The notes under the pieces are model-generated. The model saw only the letters and a list, made by a program, of their open reading frames with translations, searched no databases and was not told the origin of the DNA. From NCBI GenBank assembly GCA_964270895.1, contig OZ185442.1: a stretch of 64,000 nucleotides of DNA; one strand, written 5' to 3'. Origin of the DNA: Podarcis filfolensis (Eukaryota). Numbering within the stretch: the stretch's first letter is position 1; every line of letters starts with the position of its first letter. Made by a program: the position numbers and the translations under genes. Below, piece after piece: positions 1-11,427 of the stretch.

Positions 1-600
1 ATCACCTAAGTGTCTTGTACCCGTACTTTTCCAGGTGATGCATCAGGTTTTAGCTAAGATAGTTGTGAAGTTGGAATAGAACAGCACTGACATAATGGAG
101 GCGCTGGACCCAGCTTTTAAGTGGCTAATTACCATTTTTGAATTACGTGCTGGTTTTTAAGGCTACTAGAACCAGAGGTAATTCACTATTCTATAATTCA
201 GTCTATCCCTATTGATCCAGTAAAGATTCGAGTCTTTCTGTAAGTGAATCAGCAGTGGTGATATACACTTCATCAAAGAAAAGTTTCAAATTGGGGGATT
301 CATACGTCACTGTCCTGTTTTTGTCACTGGGCAACAGCTTACAGTATTATTTCTACCTCTAAGCTTTTCTTACCGGTCCAAATGAAATAGTTTGTTATCC
401 TTAGTTAGTTATCCTCCCCCCCCCCCCCGCCGCCCAAATGTCTGGGAGACCTTAGTTTGAAAAATAGTTAATCCAAGGATTTTTAGCAGCCACTATTTTG
501 TCAAACCATAATAAAGTAGAGGTTTTGAAGTTTGGATGTCCTGGAAAATGTGATATAACGATTATCAGATTTTGTGTTTTCAGAGATACTGATGCCTAGA

Positions 601-883
601 CAGTGCCAGATTTACGTATAAGCTAAACAAGCTATAGCTTAGGGCCCCATTCTCTTGGAGGGCCTCCAAAAAAATTAAAGAAAAAACAACTGGATGTTCA
701 TTTCCAAAATATAATAAATAAATAAAATAAAACCTACATACAGCAACAGTGTTTTGTGTTGTGTGGGCTCCTATTATGTAAGTAATGGGTCCCACTTGCT
801 AGCCTGCTGCCTAAAATATCACATATAAAGGGCCCCATTATTTTTAGTAGCTTAGGGCCTCATCAAACCTAGATCTAGCCCTG
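601..883. mobile_element. hAT-type MITE
   Basis: Imperfect TIRs (CAGTGCCAGATTTA / TAGATCTAGCCCTG) and a perfect 8-bp TSD TGCCTAGA at 593-600 and 884-891. Confidence 0.8.
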
Positions 884-1207
884 TGCCTAGATACTTCTGC
901 TTCTCGGATTTTGAGAGATTCCATTAAGGAAGTGTCACTTAACCGTATCAGTACTAACGCTTGGAAAAGATTGATCATAATTTACCTTGAAGCCAGAAAC
1001 TTAGCCAAATTGGACAATCTAATCTGAAGTCTTGTTAGGCTAAACAAGGTGAAGGTGACATTTCAAAGTGACATTTCCTTCCAAAGAAGCCTGGCTTGTG
1101 TTTTGCTGGTACATTGAGCTACGCTGCCCACCTTCCCATTATTTCTAGTAATCAAGAAACAAGATTATGTTGTTGGCTTGTTGTCAGAGTACACAGGCCA
1201 AGCATGA

Positions 1208-1213
1208 TATAAG
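1208..1213 (+). promoter_or_regulatory. Candidate TATA box of the CTSA-like gene
   Basis: TATAAG 55 nt upstream of the ATG in a non-CpG-island context. Confidence 0.5.
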
Positions 1214-1262
1214 GTGCCCTGCAACTCCACCACTCTATGGCAGCCTGTCCCAGAACAGCACC

Positions 1263-1435
1263 ATGCACCTCTTGTTCAGGTTGTGCGCCATCTTCAGTGT
1301 CTCCTTTGGCCTCTGCACAGGGACAGATGCTTCTCCGGATCTCATCACTTCCCTGCCAGGACTGTCTGAGATGCCAACCTTCCAGCAATGGTCCGGCTAT
1401 CTCCAGGCAGGATCTGGCCAATACTTCCATTACTG
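1263..1435 (+). CDS. CTSA-like coding exon 1
   Basis: ATG 1263; [20 protein letters not shown]...[17 protein letters not shown]; donor TG|GTAAG. Confidence 0.9.
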
Positions 1436-4400
1436 GTAAGCAGAGAGACAGAGTTTGAGTTAATATTCATGTCTCCTCTTCATTGAACTGTTCGTTGCTT
1501 TTGGGTATGTGCTGGCCGACCTAATGCATGCTTCCAATTGCTCATTAATTAAGAGCTAAAAAGCTAATCCTGGCTAGACACATTGCTAACATCCAGGCAA
1601 CAGCTGCTTCATGGACTTCCACCATTGGCAGCAGCAGCAACACTTCTGAATGCCAGTTGGTGGAATGTGCAGGAGGGCAGAGCACCCCTGTGTTTGGGTC
1701 TTGCCTGCAGGTTTCCCTTGGGTTGGCCCCTGTGAGAGCAGGGTGCTGGACTAGATGGGCCCCCTTGGGTGTGATCCAGCAGGCTCTTCTGATGTCCTTA
1801 TGCTCTTGCTAACCGTTTGTTGAAATTGCCTTTGCCAATATGTTCTGGATGAGCTGCAGCTTACAGAAACGTTTATGCTTCTCTACTGCCCTGGAACGTA
1901 GCTGTGTAGAGCAGCCTAAGAATAAGTTGGTTGCTTGTAACATTAGCTTGATTGATTGATTGATTGATTGATTATAATAATTTGTGTCTTCCCTTTACAG
2001 GCACAAATTTCCCCCAAGGCAGCTTACAAATAAAGTCAAAGTGCAATAACAATAAGGCCATTATGAAAACAGAAGCTGTTTCATTTCTGGTGGTGATCCC
2101 TGGCCCTCCAGAGGGGCGGGGGTGGGGGCAGGAGGGAGGCAGGTCCAGTAGGAGCAGGCTGCCATGTTGGATGTTGTAGTTCCTTGCCTGCCTCTCTCCT
2201 GGATTCCTGCCCATAGGGTAGCTGCATGGAGGAAAATGTTGATTCAGTGGGGGCTGGTTCACTAGCGTAAATGCGACACAGCCCCACCAACCTTAGCCAT
2301 GTCACAACTGCCTGTCTTATGATTTACAATGGCCCTGCTTGCCACCTTCCTCTTCCTCAGTCTCAAGGTTGATCTTGTAGAACTCACTTGGGAGGAAGAT
2401 GGGGACAAAATTTTCTGGCTCTGCCTGTTGCTGGCTGTAGCTCCACCTCTCTCTGCCTACCATTAGCCTCTCTGCCTTCTGCCCTACTAGTCCCACCAGC
2501 TAACACCACATTTATTTACACCCCCAATGATGATGCCCCTATTCCTCCTTCCATGTTCCCAATGCAGCCCCTCACTCAGCACAGGCATGCTTAGCTGTAA
2601 GACTGCTACAACATCAGGCAGAGGCAGTTTTAGGATGGCACAACCAGAGCAGTCACACTGGGTGCCACACTGCAGGGTTCACCAAAACAATGCTGTAGAA
2701 CAAAGCATAAGAGGCGAGGTTGCACCAAATATTAGCGTCACACAGGGTGCCGCTGAAATTTGAGAGCCCAAAGTCTGCTACTGCATCAGGTATCTTCCTC
2801 GGGTCTCCATTCTTTGGGCCTTCTCTAAAGATATCCATCAGGGTGTTTGCTCTCTCCCTTTCCATCCTGACAGGTTTGTGGAGTCTCAGGGCAACCCAGC
2901 GACTGACCCCGTGGTGCTCTGGCTAAATGGGGGACCTGGCTGTAGTTCCATGGAAGGCCTCCTGGCTGAGAATGGACCTTTCCATGTGAGTCTGTGGCTG
3001 CTCTGTACGCTGATGGGAAAGGAGAGAAACATGGGAAAAGGAAGGGGTTGTGGATCAGGCAGTTGAGGCTCAACTGGGCCTGACGCTCTTGATCTCATAT
3101 CAAAGTTGTGGAGGCTGCCTGGGATCATTCTTCCAGGAGGGAAAGGTGCTCTATACCAGCACAGAGGCAACATTATTTACTTAATATGAGATCACCAGAG
3201 CCAGGTGCAAAGGGGCTCTATGTTGCTTTAGTTTTGCCCAAAGTTGTTGAACTTTTTTGGGGATTTTCCCCGACATTTGCCCGATTTCCACCTGGACACT
3301 GCTGCCGACTGCAGTATTCTGTATGTGTCTGGGAGAATCTGGATGTATGGCAATCCCGCAATAATGCCCAGACCAACTCACAGATGCCTGATTTCTCAAG
3401 GACTGGGAATCTGAGACGCTGCTTGGAGGCAATTGATATGGAAGGTTTAGTGAACAGCATGCTGCAAATACCTCACATCCCCAAAGTAACCCTCTTTGTC
3501 TACCTCGTGGTTTTGTGTAGCTGAATGATGATGCAACACTCTACCTGAACCCCAACAGCTGGAACAAGGTAGCCAACGTGCTTTACATGGAATCTCCAGC
3601 TGGAGTTGGTTATTCCTATGCCACAGAAGACAGCCCTATCAATGACAGCCAGGTAGGTCACTTGCTGTTCGTTCCTGGCCTAAGGACTGCATTCTCTAGT
3701 AAACAAACTGGGGGCGATGCATATCACATGCCAGTGGTGGGTGGGGCAATAGATGGAATGGTGATGGTAGCAGCTGATGGGGGAAGGTTGTCAGTCCTGT
3801 AGCAGTAATATAGGGCAGAACCACACCATACATCATCATCATAATTAATTTGTACTCCACCCAACTGACTGGGTTGCCCCAGTCACTCTGGGCAGCTTCC
3901 AACAGAGTATAAAAGAACACATGATACATCAGACATTAAAAGCTTCCCAATACAGGGCTGGCTTCAGATGTCTACAGAAAGTCATATAATTGTTTATATC
4001 TCCCATCTTTGATGGGAGAGTGTTCCACTGGGTGGGCACCACTACCAAAAAGGCCCTCTGCCTGGCTCCCTGTAACTTCACTTTTTCAAAATGAGGGAAC
4101 TGCCAGAAGGCCCTCTGAGCTGGACTTCAGTCACGGTTTTAAAACACAGCCAGTGCACATTTAAATCATACGACTTCCCCTAAAGAATTCTGGGAATCGT
4201 AGTTTGCTAAGGGCACTGGGAACTGCAGCTCTTTGAGGAAGAAACTACAATTATCAGCATTATTTTGGGGAGCCATGTGTTGTAAATGTACATTGGCTGT
4301 GCCTTAAATCTATGGCATGGTTCTATCTAGTGGCAATATAGACTTCCTACACAGCTGCCTGGGCTGTGAGGAATCAGCTCACAAAGTTTGTAAGTATTGT

Positions 4401-7400
4401 TGGGACAGAATCCATTTGCCTGACAGGTAGGAGAAGTCTTTATTTGGATGTTCATTGAGGCAAATCAAGACTTCTGTCATATACTCCTGATGGATGAGGA
4501 GCAGAGGGGTGGGATGGGAGAAGATAATGCCAGGAGTGTGTTTCTTAATGCAGCCTCACATGATATGCACATCAAATTCTGTCCTATGATTTGTACCAAA
4601 GCTAAGTGGTGGGTCAAAATTTCTCCCTACTTCAGGTAGCTGAGGACAACTACCAGGCTCTCCAGAGTTTCTTTGCTAAATTCCCAGACTTTGCAAACAA
4701 CGAATTTTATGTTTTTGGGGAAAGTTATGGTGGAATCTATGTCCCCACTCTCACTGCCAAGATTGCGGAAGGATCAGCAGGAATTAACCTGAAGGTAAAC
4801 ACAATCGCGGCACAGGAAGCAGAGTCACTGGAAAACTAGGAGAGCTAAGATCTTCTATGTAGGCCAAATGGCACATTTAGGGGCAATGAGTGAGCACTGC
4901 CAACCCACAAGCAGAAGCCACTAATGCAGATTTTGCCCTGATGACAACAAACCCTGAAGGCCTCACTCCTCTCACATCCAAACCAGGCCACATGGAAAGG
5001 ACATGCCTAGAAGTGGGGAGGTGGATCCGCTTTGAAGGCCTTGCTTAGTAGCTGCCTCTGAATGTCAGGTGCCATTGCCCCACATCCAGTTGTGCTGTAT
5101 CTCAAGAGGCACTAGTCACTACAGTTCCGCTGCCTGCTATCTTCAAACCTGGCATCAGGCCTGGTTCTAATTATAGCCTTTTAACTAACTATCCCATCAT
5201 CCAATTTCATACAACTCCTCCTTTCTTGGCATGATCTTTTGTTATCTGATTCCTCAGGGATTTGGGGTTGGCAATGGCATGCTGAGCTATTTCCTCAATG
5301 ACGAGACACTGATGGAATTTGCCTACTACCATGGAGTGTTTGGAGATGAGTGAGTATAGAAGAGGACAAGGGGAGTTTGGTCAGCAAGTGGCCACAGATA
5401 AATCTCCCACCATACAAGTCAACAACTGGTAGCTCCAAGTTCACACCTGGCCTCTAAAATAATTGTCCCCGCCTTCTCCATTTGCCAGATCAAATCAGAA
5501 GCAAAAAAGGAGAGTGGAGACTGTAGTAAAGTGTCTTGCCCTTATTATGTATCACTGAGTACATCAGAAACAAGAAACTGGCAAGCAAGGTGGTTAGACG
5601 GCAAGTGAGTCAAAGGTGTACTAAATAAGGAGAAGCCATTGTTTCCTGTCCTTCCTTCAGTGAATAAAATTAGCAATTATCTCCACTGAAGAGAGGACAG
5701 AAAGGAAAGCTTAACTTGCACAAACTGTAGGCAGAATAGTCAGGGAGGTTGTTGACATCTCCAAGGAACACAGGACAGATACCTGTCAACGTTGTTTGAA
5801 CAATCTGTTCTCCTTTGTTGGGCAGGGGAGCCGGTGTGTGTGTGCGCACACACACACTTTGTGCTTCTAAGTTGTGAACCACCCTGTGATCTTGGAGTGA
5901 AGGGTGGTATACAAATTTAATGATTGAATAAAAATGAATAAGCTTCCCTCTACCTGACACTCCACCTCCTTCTCTCTTGCCTTACAGCTTGTGGGCCTCC
6001 TTGAACGAAAACTGCTGTGATGAAGGAACTTGCAACTTCTCCAGCAACATGAACAGTGATTGTATCACAGCAGTGAGTGCCTGGACTGAAAATCCTTGAT
6101 ACTAACTCATGTAGTGTGCACTTTGCAAACTCCATTTGCACCTGTCCATAAACTAGAATGTTCTAATTGTTATGCAATAATGTGTTTTGGCCTGAACTGG
6201 TAGATTATGGGTTTAGTAAAGTCTTCTGGAAATGTCTCTGCCCTATTTTGTGCCCATAGCACCTACTACACCAAATTCTCTGAACAGCATTAGGATGTTG
6301 CCAACGTGTTACCACACCGTTGAAATAATTGCAATGGGTGCTAATTATGTAGTTACTGGGCTAAGTTCAATGTGCTGGTTTTGGTGCATAAATCCCTATA
6401 CACCTTGGAACTAGGATTCCTGATAATCCCACCCCTTATATATTCAGTTGATCACAGTGCTCTGTAGGTGAAGGCTGCCTGCAGATACCATCTTATAATG
6501 AGGTCTGTTCTGCACAATGTAGTAATCTGGTCCTTAGTGTTGGGGCACCTACCCTTTGGAATCCCCTCCCCTTGAATATTACACAGGTGCAATCTCTTGT
6601 CTTTTCAGTGGTTATCTTTACCCCAGTCTGCATCTGTACTGGAATCGTTTTTAAGATTTTGGAATATGTTTTATCGCTTTGTTGTTAGCTGCCCTGGGCT
6701 CCTTTGGGCAGAAGAGCAAGATATAAATTTGATAATAAACCCATAAAAATAAACTGATGACCCTCGAAGGCTATAAATATTACCGAATTCCACACATCTG
6801 TTTCCTTTCTCCTCTTTCTGCACATAAACTCAGAGCGTAGCTAACTCTTCTATCTTCTTCTTCCCTGTTCCCATCCTCAAGATATCACAAGCCTATGGAA
6901 TTCTTTATGGAATTGGCCTCAACGTGTACAACCTCTACGCATCTTGCTGGGGAGGAGCACACTACCAGGAGCGTTATGAAGCTGATTTCTCGAGCCTCTT
7001 CCACCACTACCAGTTTGATGTTCCAGTGCCAGTGAGTTGCTAGGCTATCTTCATCAAATTTACATCACTCAGGTGGCTCTAGCGATTCTGTGAATTTGGC
7101 AAACTTAAAAAAACCAAAAAAATTTTTTTCTTAAGCATTAATATTCAGTATGGAAATTTATTCCCAAAAGTTTATGCTGGGAAGGCATGATTCATCCATT
7201 TATAAATGAACTATGGGCCACTTGCTGAATCAGGCTTAGGTCTGGCAAAGCAAGGTGCTGGTATCTTGCACCAGCTTTTCCCAGAAGAATTCAACCTCAT
7301 CTTGCCTTCTCTTTGCTTTCACTTTCAGAAAATTGGCTCCATCCCAGGAGTGCCACATTGTATAAATGCCACTGCTATGTATGTGTGGCTGAACCAGGAT

Positions 7401-10400
7401 GAAGTCCGGCAGGCTCTCCACATCCCCAGCACTCTCCCAGACTGGGAGCTCTGCAGGTGACTCCCATCAAATGTTTCTGCCCTTCAGAAGCATGAAAAAG
7501 TTGTTTGGTAATGGAATGGTAATGAAGGGCAGTGGCCTGGCAAGGCTTTCTGGAAAAGTGGTGTTTCTCTGCTGGTATAGAACTGATGCACTGCAGGTTG
7601 CCAGAGCTTGATAACATATGGGTATGTACTAGGACTGAGATCAAATGAAAATGCAGACTGCAACAAAAACAGCTTCCCCATCTTTGTTTTGACAACCCTC
7701 TAATGTGAAGCACCTGTTTCACTCTGCCCATACTTTATTGCCCTAAACCTGGAAGCTGGGGAAGTAGTATCCTTTCCCAGATAATTCTGTCCCATATACT
7801 TCCAATTTTTGTATGGATGTACAATATGGAATCAAGTGAAGGGAACTGAAGATTTTATTGATGTACTGACTACCTTGCTTCTTCAAGACCCCTTGGGTGA
7901 GCTGACAGAAGATCTCCAATACCGATAGTCCGGGGAAAACAACAATCATGTTACAGTCATCTTGTAAGATGTGGCATAAGTCCTTTATGATATTGAAGAA
8001 ATCTTTCCCCCACTTCTCTGTTGGGGTTGCATGCATAGTGAGTCATCTGGTAGAACTTTTTCAGGTGACAAATGGACCTTTCTTCTCCTTGCTCATCTTA
8101 CTGACATGCAGTCATCGATAGTCTTCTGTGGTATTTTTGTTGGGCATTTGCAGGGGTGTGCAAAACCTTATCATTATTTATTTGGGTATTTCAGTCTCAC
8201 TGAAAATTGGCATTACATGTTCAGGAAATTTATTTGCAAAAAATAACTCCTCCAAGGGTAAGGTTTTCCACATGACTAATCCTCACGTTCATTCACACCT
8301 AGCATAGTTGTGCATTTTTCTGTATTCTAAGTACTGATGCTTACCATCATTTCCCATTAAAATGTCTTATTGTGGCTTAGATGGTTTTCCTTAAAAGAGA
8401 CAATGAATACAACAACTAACTGCTACTACTGGGCATTAAGAGGTTTTGGCTGGAACTAATAAGTTGGATCTCAATTGTATGAGAATTCTGAAAACAGTTG
8501 TAAAACAAACTGCCTTCCAGACATCACTGGATTAAATTATAAAGGATATTTGTCTCAGTTGTGGACCGCTAAGGTTGGGAACATTTATTTCTCCCCAGCT
8601 TATTTATTATTCTTCCTCTGGGGCAAGGTATAGAGTACATGGGTTTGTATATTCAGCATCATTTCCTCTTGAAACCACTTGGTGGTGGATGGCCTTGGCA
8701 CATGCTCATATTCTGATAGGCCTGCAGGGGCAAGAAAGGAATTCTGTGGCTGTTGGCAGTCAATGAGAACCCCAACTTGCATGCTCTTGGCAGCTTGGAT
8801 TTGCATTTTGGTGACAAAATCAAAAGGGCACCCTTGATTGATCTTACTGGTGAAACAAAGGGGAGAAGGGATGAGGGGCCGAAGCTCCTTGAAAACTCCG
8901 CCCCCCATGCATTTCTCTTCTCCATGCAGTACACAGGTTAGCGCTCATTACCAAAGGGTGTACAGAGACATGACTCCCTTCTACAAGTATCTGCTGGCTC
9001 AGGACCTACGAGCATTGGTTTATAATGGAGACGTGGACATGGCCTGCAACTTCTTGGGGGCTGAAAAGTTTGTTGAGTCTTTAAATCAGACTGTAAGTAA
9101 CTCCTTTGAACTTTGCATATCTTAAGTGCTGTATTGAAAACCTATTGCTCCTTAATTTATGTGGGAAGACACAGCTGATCCTGCCTTTTAGGACCCAGGT
9201 TTCCAACACCGACAGATGTGCAGTTGTTGTTAAAGACATAACCAAGCTGTCATTTAGAAAAGAAGTTAGAATGGATGGGCAGAGATGAAGAGAAAGTTAG
9301 CAAAACATGATCTGGAGTAATAAGTCTACTAAGAGCCAGTTTTGGAGCATCCGTGATAGACTAGTATGTACACTAATATTGGGTCTGCTTTCCATTTCCA
9401 GTTTGTGACCTTCTTTTTCGTTAATTCCACAGGTGCTAAATGATTACCAGCCCTGGTATTTCAATGATCAGATTGCAGGATTTTTCAAGGAGTATGAGAA
9501 GATCACATTTCTCACCGTAAAGGTCAGTGATTTAATTGGAGCCAGTGGGCATTATACTTTTCATTATTTAAAAGATTTACGCCGTGCTTCTCCCCTGTAC
9601 AACAGTGTTACTCAAAGCAGATTTCAAGTAAAAATCAGCAACAAGCCAATAATTAAAAGACAAAATAACAAGTTTATGAACAGCAGGATAACACAAAAAC
9701 AGGAAGAGCAACACTAACAGCCAATACTTTAAAGCAGGAGCAGAGCCAAAAGCTTGTTTAGAAAGCACATTATATGGGCTCAGTTATTTTTTAAGCATGA
9801 CATGGCTCTCAAGATAGAGGTTTGTGATGGGCGCAGTGACTGCTTTACAGATTTCATCCCAACACAGCCACAGAAAAAGGTTGACCCCTCTTCCAACAGT
9901 AAATAAAGCCAATATATAAAGCATTGGGTTATAAAAGATTGCTACTTCTACTCTTCCAGCTTTTCCTTCGGGTTCTAGGAGGAGGAAGCACCTTTTATTT
10001 ATTAGCCAAAATGGGTCCTAGCGGGCAAAAGTGCTGATCTGGGTAACAGTTTTACATTGGGAATCTTCTGCCCTTGAAAATGAGGCTTTTTGCTCCCAGG
10101 ATAAACCTTTAAGAAAAAGCCTGGGGGAAACTGCTGCACTGACTACCAATCAGAGACAGACCAAATAAAATGTTGCCCCCAATACTTGGGGGGGGGGTTG
10201 GCTGGCACTCATGGCTTGATTGAGTTTACACTACTTCTAGCCCGGGAAATGCTATTGCTTGCTAGATCACCTCCCTATCAAGCGACAACTATGATTTTAG
10301 TACACAGTTAAACAGGACCTGTCATCTGTTCCATGTGCCCTACAGAAGCAGCCAGTCCCTCACCTATGTGTGTGTGTGCAGTGTCCCATAAAAAATGCTG

Positions 10401-11276
10401 GTCAGAGTTAGAGCATAAGCAGCCAACAGAAAACACGTTGGAGGCAATGGCTTCTCAAGCTGGAGAGACCCATTATTAAAAGGGCTTAGGTGTAATCCTG
10501 GGCCCTGTAACAAAGGCCTGGTTCTCATGTAACATTAAACTATGGTTTGTTAGTGTAACTGTGGTTTGTCTGAACATGTGAAAACATATCAGCAAACTAG
10601 CCTGTTTATTTTCTGTCAGCAAATGACAGAAAATAAATGGCTTGGTACTGACTTAAAAATCATGGCTTATTCTAACTATGGTTTAACATTACTTATGAAC
10701 CTAACAACCCTGCTTAACTATGGTTGTTTTCCCTACCTGTTACCCGAGATGCTCCTCAAGCTGGGAAGGCATGACGCAAGAGTAGCTTGAAAACAAAATA
10801 AGATCTAAGCAGGTGTGGGGAACCTTTGGTTTGCCAGCTGTTGCTGAACCACCACTCCCATCAGTCCCAGCAAGCATGGCTAATGATGATGGGAGTTGTA
10901 GTTCAGCAACAACTGGAGGGCCACGGTTTCCCACACCTGCTCTAAATAAACAATACATGGCTTGTTTGTTAAATAACAACCCCAATTTATGTGAAAACAC
11001 AGCCAATATGTGATTAATTGTACACAGCACTGGCAGAAAGTTGCTTTCTCTCCTTCACACAGATGTTGCCTCTTCTTGCTCTGCTCAATATAAGCTTCCA
11101 GTATCCTTCACGATGTTTTAGGCAGGGGGAAATTATTTCAGATGTGCTTTCTCAGCTCTTTTCTAAACCGTCTTCTCTCTCATATATAGGGTGCTGGTCA
11201 CATGGTTCCACAGTATAAGCCTGGACAAGCTCAGAAGATGTTTGAATGCTTCCTCTCCAAAGCCAGCTACATCTGA
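1263..11276 (+). CDS. Cathepsin A / lysosomal protective protein-like serine carboxypeptidase (S10), complete spliced CDS, 11 exons, 456 aa
   Basis: Exons 1263-1435, 2874-2985, 3521-3652, 4636-4794, 5258-5349, 5988-6072, 6882-7031, 7329-7456, 8930-9092, 9433-9522 and 11190-11276 all have GT-AG borders and join in frame (1371 nt including stop). S10 motifs: [33 protein letters not shown] (Ser), [10 protein letters not shown] (Asp), GAGHMVP (His). N-terminal hydrophobic signal peptide. Confidence 0.95.
1658..1805 (+). mobile_element. Squamate CR1-tail short retroelement fragment
   Basis: CTGGACTAGATGGG...GATCCAGCAGGCTCTTCT 3' end; related copy near 47810-47985. Confidence 0.55.
1948..1973. repeat. 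(GATT)n microsatellite
   Basis: About 6 tandem GATT units. Confidence 0.9.
2874..2985 (+). CDS. CTSA-like coding exon 2
   Basis: [37 protein letters not shown]; AG/GT borders. Confidence 0.95.
3521..3652 (+). CDS. CTSA-like coding exon 3
   Basis: [44 protein letters not shown]. Confidence 0.93.
3832..4090 (-). mobile_element. L2-type LINE 3' end fragment
   Basis: Reverse complement of the CCCAGAGTGGCTGGGG...CCCAG...GATGGG tail also seen at 22555-22610 and 50965-51040. Confidence 0.6.
4636..4794 (+). CDS. CTSA-like coding exon 4 (catalytic Ser)
   Basis: [13 protein letters not shown]...[13 protein letters not shown]...INLK. Confidence 0.95.
5258..5349 (+). CDS. CTSA-like coding exon 5
   Basis: [30 protein letters not shown]; 92 nt. 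Confidence 0.93.
5988..6072 (+). CDS. CTSA-like coding exon 6
   Basis: [28 protein letters not shown]; 85 nt. Confidence 0.92.
6882..7031 (+). CDS. CTSA-like coding exon 7
   Basis: [25 protein letters not shown]...FDVPVP. Confidence 0.9.
7329..7456 (+). CDS. CTSA-like coding exon 8
   Basis: [42 protein letters not shown]. Confidence 0.92.
8930..9092 (+). CDS. CTSA-like coding exon 9 (catalytic Asp)
   Basis: [14 protein letters not shown]...[26 protein letters not shown]. Confidence 0.93.
9433..9522 (+). CDS. CTSA-like coding exon 10
   Basis: [30 protein letters not shown]. Confidence 0.94.
10810..10939. mobile_element. hAT-type squamate MITE in the last CTSA-like intron
   Basis: TIR CAGGTGTGGGGAAC / GTTTCCCACACCTG; internal GGGAGTTGTAGTT core shared with 19893-20023, 23015-23156 and 63860-63908. 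Confidence 0.75.
11190..11276 (+). CDS. CTSA-like coding exon 11 (catalytic His, stop)
   Basis: [28 protein letters not shown]; TAG acceptor. Confidence 0.93.
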   Translation, partial: GAGHMVPQYKPGQAQKMFECFLSKASYI

Positions 11277-11421
11277 TCTAATGCCTTTTAAAATAGTAAA
11301 TGTCACTGAAAAGTTATGGGGAAATGGTATTCCACATAGTACACAATACTTTGTAACATAGTAACATAATTGAAGCTATGTACATACTTATCTTCTTATG
11401 ACTGAATAGTTGCAAAAACTT

Positions 11422-11427
11422 ATTAAA
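11422..11427 (+). terminator. Candidate polyadenylation signal (ATTAAA) of the CTSA-like gene
   Basis: Variant hexamer about 145 nt after the stop; an AGTAAA at 11295-11300 is an alternative. Confidence 0.3.

Noticed and set aside
1-320. Possible L1-like ORF2 remnant on the minus strand
   Set aside because: Only faint motif resemblance and multiple stops; cannot be supported without a profile search.
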